From Octopus bimaculoides (taxonomy: Eukaryota), in the NCBI RefSeq assembly GCF_001194135.2, contig NC_068982.1, positions 162,456,263 through 162,496,892 on the forward strand: a DNA stretch of 40,630 bases. Reading direction: 5' to 3'. The notes beneath the pieces are model-generated. The model was not told where the DNA came from. It worked only from the letters and a program-made list of their open reading frames with translations, and did no database searches. The translations under genes and the position numbers were made by a program. Positions 34,471-40,630 of this stretch are shown here, in pieces. Numbering within the stretch: position 1 is the stretch's first letter; every line of letters begins with the position of its first letter.

Positions 34471-35667
34471 TGTGAAAAATCTTTCTCGTTTATGAAGTCA
34501 GCATCAACACAATGCTTTATGTTTTATGGAGCTGTAATCTCAGTCGCCTATATTTATTGTGTTACCATCTTCATAACAGTCTCATTTCCTGACCAGTTAT
34601 CGCATTCTGTGTCACCTCCTCCTGATATCTTGTCCTCCTTTATGAGTATGTCAGTTACTATGGAGATGTTAGATGTTACATTTCCTTAACTGAAGTTAAT
34701 GGTATGTGTGTATGTGTCTGTTTGGTTTACATAAAACAAACAAAAAAGCAGTAATGTCTATGTTGTAAAGAATTTTTGCTAGTGTCATCTCCTAGCAACT
34801 CCTGTTCCATCCATCAGTTTCCATGCTATTTCAACTTAATCTCTAGTTGGTACCTGTTTGGTGTATTTTCACTTAGTTGCTGCTGTCATATCTCCTTATC
34901 TTTGTTTTATTGCAAGCAGCAGTAGCAACGACTCTTTTATGTAGCTTTTCGACTTGCTAGAGATAGCAGTCAGATCTCTTAAATCATACACTACATTTTG
35001 CAAAAAAAAAAAAAAGAAAAAGACACACAAGATACACTGCCTGAAATAAAGACAGGGTGATTGCTATTGGAATACCTTTGATTATAGGCCTTCTCATTGA
35101 GAACTCATGTGTTAAACAAAAAAGGAAATGTCGTTGAAGCAGCAACAGATTTGCTGTCTTAGGGGCCTAGCCAACTTTCTTCTGCCAGTCTTTTTACTAT
35201 GGCAGCAGAAAATATTTACCACAGCTGGACAACTAAAGTTATTGTTGTATTTCATGGTATAAATATTAAAAATCTAATGCCTAAACACGTTTTGACCTTA
35301 TTAACCTGTGATTTTTTAAAAATATGCTAATTTTTCACACCTACATGTGTACAACATTGTACATCTACTTTATAATTCTCTCACTAATACTCCAGCAAGT
35401 ACTGTGGTGCCGACTTTCTTAAACTTAGCAACTTGTTGCTTGTTTTATTTTTCTTGTGTGATATCTTTGGCAAGGGTATTGTACTATATGCTACCAATCT
35501 GGCCAAATCTTTGTGAGTGAATTTTGTAGATGGGAACTTGAAGCTGCCTGTCATGTATGTATGTATCTTTGTGTGTGTGTGTGTGTGTGAGTGTACTTGT
35601 GTTCTTTTGTTCTGACATCATGAACTAGATGTAAATAAATGTCAATGTCATTCAAGTGGTGCATCAA

Positions 35668-36260
35668 CATCATCATTTAACATCCACTTTCCATGCTAGC
35701 ATGGGTTGGACGATTTGACTGAGGACTGGTGAACCAGATGGCTGCACCAGGCTCCAATCTGATCTGGCAGGGTTTCTACAGCTGAATGCCCTTCCTAACG
35801 CCAACCACTCTGAGAGTGTAGTGGGTGCTTTTACGTGCCACCGACATGAGGGCCAGTCTGGCAGTACTGGCAATGGCCACGCTCAAATGGTGTTTTTTAC
35901 GTGCCACCTGCACTACCTGGCAACAGCCTCGCTCGAATGTTTTGTTCACAAGTGCCAGTAAGGCGATGCTGGTAACGATCGCACTCAAATGGTGCTTTTT
36001 ACATGCCACCGGCACAGAAGCCAGACCACTACTCTGGCAGTGATCCCGCTCAGATGGTGCTGTTAGCGCTCCACTGGCACGGATGCCAGTCATCGAATTT
36101 GGTTCAGTTTCGATTTCACTTGTCCCAACAGGTCTTTGCAAGCAGAGTTTAGTGTCCAATGAAGGAGAGGTTGGCATGGGTACCAGTTGTTGAATTTGGT
36201 TCGATTTCAATTTTACTTGCCTCAACAGGTCTTCGCAAGCAGGGTTTTGTGTCCAAAGAA
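35668..36260 (-). mobile_element. long family A copy with an internal ~95-bp tandem duplication
   Basis: CATTTAACATCCACTTTCCATGCTAGCATGGGTTGGACG...; GAATTTGGTTC..CAACAGGTCTT.GCAAGCAG occurs twice (about 36090 and 36190). Confidence 0.8.
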
Positions 36261-37494
36261 GAAAAAGTATGCATAAGTGGACTGGCTACACCCCTGGTAA
36301 AACAATATATGAGTATATGCATATATATGTACATGTATGTGCATACCTTCATCTACATGTACATATAGATACATAACTGGGTACATGACGTGGCAAAAGA
36401 ACATGGACAAAATGATAAACAAGGTGGCATACGAATGTGTGTGTATATATCTTTTTATGTATGTGTATATGCAGCTTACTGTTATCTACTGGCCACATCT
36501 TCTTTATTTGCTACACTACCACTGTGTCTGATAGATAAATATCACTGTTTCCATAGTAAGATGTTTTCTGGAATAAATTACACTGCCACCACTATGATTG
36601 ATAAACACATGATAGCATTTTTTCCTTTCAATTGAAATATATACCTTGAGAAAGCTGTATTGTCATTATGCCTGATAAATACAAGATATCATGTTTTTCA
36701 TACAAAAATATATCCTGAAATAGATATACCAACACAGTGCTCCATAAATATAATAACAGAATATCTTTATTGACATAGGAGGATGTCCTCTGGGGTAGCC
36801 ACTCTTCTACTGTGGTTGATAAACACAGTACAATATTAGCTTATATCAACAAAACCTGGGAATAAATCAGTTTAGATTTAGTGCGCCTAATATGAAATTT
36901 TGACTTTCTGGTTATAAATATCCAATTTTGCATAGTATTCTTTCTTTCTCTCTCTCTTTCTCACACACACACACACATTTATGTATGTATGTATGTAATA
37001 CCTTTTTACTCCCTTCTCCCTAGTGCATCTTTTTACCCTCTTCATCCTTCTCTGCTACCAGCTATCACACTCTGCCTCCTCAGGGCCACTTCTGTTGCTA
37101 CCCATCACCTATTCTTTATCCTATCCCATCACTCACAAGTGACTGGTGAGTGAGACAATCTCTCTAGAACTCCTTAACACAAAATGCACCCGGTAAACAC
37201 TGTAAAATGGTTAGCAAATGAGCAAAGAATGTGTGGAGTTCTGAGCCCCTTTATTCAACCTTCCTAGTGTTGGTGCCTTCCAAAAAACACACCCTGTAAA
37301 GTGGTTGGTGATAGGAAAGGCATCCAGCCTTCCAAAACAAGCCAAATGACATTTACAAGAACCAGTGTATGGAAGTAATAGTTCCCAATAAGAATTGACT
37401 AAGACTGATGACCAGTCTAGGCCATGTCAGTACAGAAAGCAGATGTAAAATGATGTTGATGATGATGATATTTAGCTGTCTCTCTCTGTCTGTT

Positions 37495-37640
37495 TGCCTG
37501 TGTGTCTATATGTCTATCTACTTATCTATTTGTCTGTCTATTTTTCTATTTGTCTATCTATCATTCTATCTATCTATCTGTATGTCTGTCTGTCTGTCCA
37601 TCCATCTATCTATCTAGCTAGCTAGCTAGCTGTCTGTCTG
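37495..37640. repeat. compound (TCTA/TCTG)n microsatellite
   Basis: Visible tetranucleotide runs. Confidence 0.85.
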
Positions 37641-37899
37641 TGGTTGTAGGTGGGTAGGTGTGTAAGCCAATGTAGTAGACATTTAAACATGTCAAATTTA
37701 CCTATTTTTCTGAAGATTGAAACAAATGACAAACAGTCTTACTCAATCTTCCATTCTTATTGGAGTCTCATCAGGGTCACACAATCCTGTTTGTAGATCT
37801 TGTATTGTACATGCATAGAAACAAAATTGACTGAAGTCTCAATAGTATTTGATCAAAGCAGCATCATGTGTCATTTCTGCCCTTTAGAACATTCTTTTC

Positions 37900-38218
37900 C
37901 CATACAGATGAGCACTGGGCCTTACAGAAGCAATGACAAATGGCTGGGACTTTAAGAAGAAGACCCATCAAGCCAAGTGAAATCATAGTTATGGCAGTTA
38001 CTGGTGTCATGCAACTGGCACCTGTGCTGGTAGCATGTAAAAGCACCCATTACACTCTCAGAGTGATTGGCGTTAAGAAGGGCATCCAGCCATAGAAACT
38101 ATGTCAAATCAGACTGGAGTCTGGTGCAGCCCTTCAGCTTACTAGCCCTAGTCAAATCATCCAACCCATGCCAGCATGGACAATGGACATTAAATGATAA
38201 TGATGATGATGGTGATGA
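37900..38218 (+). mobile_element. RTE ORF end plus family A 3' block
   Basis: GGGCCTTACAGAAGCAATGAC..AAGACCCATCAAGCCAAGTGA matches the reverse complement of 1690-1790 and is followed by the family A block. Confidence 0.75.
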
Positions 38219-38829
38219 CTTTTCACAATTTGAAATAAATGCAGTTTTTTTGCAGTATTCATATCATTGGTTTTCTCATTCTTATAATTTACCTTTACAG
38301 TATCTAAAATATATTGCCTTCAAATTCAGTTGATAAACTTCCATTTCTTACCTTTTTTAAAATTTGTATTTCTGTCCCTTCAGTTTGGTCTTGAAGCTAA
38401 TAATGTAATGTTTCTCTTCAAATTACATGCAGGACCATTCTGCATCATACCACTCACTACAAATTATTATTAAAGTCAATAGATATTACATCTCTTTCCT
38501 CTTATGTTACAGTCCTCTTCAATTTGAAAAAATAAAAAAACTTATGAAAACTTCATCTTCCTTCTCAGGTACATTTCTTTCAATTGCAGAAGGCAAATAA
38601 TCTAACAGTTTTCAATTTTATATGTCTATTAATTTGTTTTTTCACTCTGTTTCTCTTGTAATTGTAACAATAATTATCTGGCTTTCTTGTTCACTCAGAA
38701 TCAAATGTTTGATAACACACACACACACACATGGATGTCTGTCTTTTATCTTTTACTTGTTGGACTGCGGCCATGCTGGAGCACCACCTTGAAAGGTTGA
38801 ATTGAACAAATTGACTCAAGCTCTTTTTT

Positions 38830-39162
38830 TTCCTTTGGCGTTAGGAAGGGCATCCAGCTGTAGAAACTCTGCCAAATTAGATTGGAGCCTGGTGTTGCCA
38901 TCCGGTTTCANNNNNNNNNNNNNNNNNNNNNNNNNNNNNNNNNNNNNNNNNNNNNNNNNNNNNNNNNNNNNNNNNNNNNNNNNNNNNNNNNNNNNGACTC
39001 AAGCTCTTTTTTTTCCTTTGGCGTTAGGAAGGGCATCCAGCTGTAGAAACTCTGCCAAATTAGATTGGAGCCTAGTGTTGCCATCCGGTTTCACCAGTCC
39101 TCAGTCAAATCGTCCAACCCATGCTAGCATGGAAAGCGGACGTTAAACGATGATGATGATGA
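38830..39162 (+). mobile_element. family A young 3' fragment, artefactually doubled across a gap
   Basis: GGCGTTAGGAAGGGCATCC...GTTAAACGATGATGATGATG. Confidence 0.85.
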
Positions 39163-39464
39163 AGCCTGGTTGTCAAGCAGTGGTGGGGAACAAACACAAA
39201 CCCAAAGACGCACACATGGGTATACATACACACATATACAATGGGCTTCTTTTGGTTTCCATTTACGAAATCCATTCACAAGGCATTTGTTGGCCTGGGG
39301 CTATAGTAGAAGACACTTACCAAGGTGTCGTGCAGTGAGACTGAACCTGGAACCATGTGGTTGAAAATTCACACATTCATACTCATGCACTTATACACAC
39401 AGTAGAGAGAGATAAAGAGCTATTCACTGACAAGCAACTTTATTCTAAAGGTGTCCAAAATAAA

Positions 39465-39860
39465 TTGCTTGTTGATCGGCTGGAAATAGCAGCCAAACCA
39501 CCATCAACTCATACCCTATTGTCTTATGTATGCATAGATGTGTATGAGCCAATGACAGAAACCTCTATATGGTAGCTAGGCCTGACAGAAATAGCACCCA
39601 GATCTCCTTCAAATTACACCCTTCTGTTCTATGTATGTATATGTGTGTGAGTCAATAACAGACTTCTGCATGGTAGTTTGAGCTCATAGAAATAACCAAA
39701 TTTCCCTCAAATCATACCTTACAATCTTATGTATGTTTGTATCTCTGAGCAGATTAGGGAAACCTCTATAAAGTTGCTTGTTCTGCTAGAAAGAGTAGTC
39801 ACATGTCTCTCAAATTACATCCTACTGCCTTATACCTGTACGTTTATATGTATGGGGCAA
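39465..39860 (+). repeat. degenerate ~100-bp tandem array (4 units) built from the family E 5' block
   Basis: GAAATAGCAGCC-like anchors near 39483, 39589, 39689 and 39789, each followed by CTCAAAT.A.ACC.T..TCTTATGTATG. Confidence 0.7.
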
Positions 39861-40339
39861 GGAACTATTTACCAATCCCTAATCTGTTTATTTTTTATCT
39901 ATATTCTGTCCTCCTACTTCTCTCTCTCACTCAATGTCTCTTGCTGTCTTTGGCATTCTGTCTCTTACTCTCTATTGCCCTCTCTTCCTCTCATTCGTTC
40001 TCTCTTTCATGTTGGAGGTGGATCTCTGTTTGTCGGTAAGGATTTAGTTGTTTGATCAACTGAATTACCTGCTCCATTGAATTAACATACAAGTGGCTGA
40101 ACATTCCATAGAATAAGCATGACATAATGTAGGTAACAATGCTGTTTCCACCTAAGAAGATTTCTATACAGTTTCCTTCCATCTATCCAATTTCACTTAC
40201 TTGTTATGGCCAATCTAAGGCTACAGAAAATGACATTTGCCTGAAATGCCAATGCAGTGGGATGAAATTGGTTGTGAAGTGAACTTCCTAATTATATTAA
40301 GCTTCATACATACATATATGTAATGAGATGAGATGACAG

Positions 40340-40487
40340 CACTAGCGTAGCTAGAGTGTGTGCTGCCCAGAGCAGCCCTTCCATTTGCTGCCTCTGGGCC
40401 CCACAAAAAAACACATATTGCCTACAGTAGACCCAAGAGTGCCGCTTGGGGTGACTGCCCCTATTGCACCCACTAGCTACGTTAGTG
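40340..40487. mobile_element. complete 148-bp hAT-type MITE
   Basis: TIRs CACTAGCGTAGCTAG / CTAGCTACGTTAGTG (14/15) and a perfect 8-bp TSD GATGACAG at 40332-40339 and 40488-40495. Confidence 0.9.
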
Positions 40488-40630
40488 GATGACAGCTAGA
40501 TAAGGGTTGCTGTATTGTAGATTTCAATCTGTATCAGCAAGGAAAAAACAAATATTAAAGTTGTGGTGATGATAATGATAAAAACAATGACAATGACAAA
40601 ATACTGACCGTAATGATGATCATGATGACG

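Noticed and set aside
38813-39093. 98-bp direct duplication either side of the 85-N gap
   Set aside because: The copies differ by one base (G/A) and both end or start at the gap. This is the typical unmerged contig overlap of two alleles, so an assembly artefact.

Overview
AT-rich, repeat-dense animal genomic DNA with four N gaps (7330-7541, 15831-16116, 22649-23014, 38911-38995). The SINE families look like octopus (coleoid cephalopod) repeats; this is an inference from remembered repeat sequences, not a search. The only host coding sequence I can support is exon 1 (8875-9061, +) of a 14 kDa phosphohistidine phosphatase (PHPT1/Janus-Ocnus family). It sits in a CpG-richer promoter region with a phased ~33-bp motif array. 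Everything downstream looks intronic or intergenic, and exon 2 may be hidden in the 22649-23014 gap. The rest is transposon fossils (RTE and CR1/Jockey-group LINEs, Tc1/mariner, pogo/Tigger, hAT, Penelope-like), tRNA-derived SINEs and micro/minisatellites. The most notable non-coding structures are an intact-core type I hammerhead ribozyme with an 87-nt insert in stem II (6602-6735, -), a second decayed hammerhead (10433-10478), and a 99-bp near-perfect inverted repeat (28047-28274). Repeat boundaries are approximate (about +/-10-20 nt) unless TSDs or TIRs are quoted.
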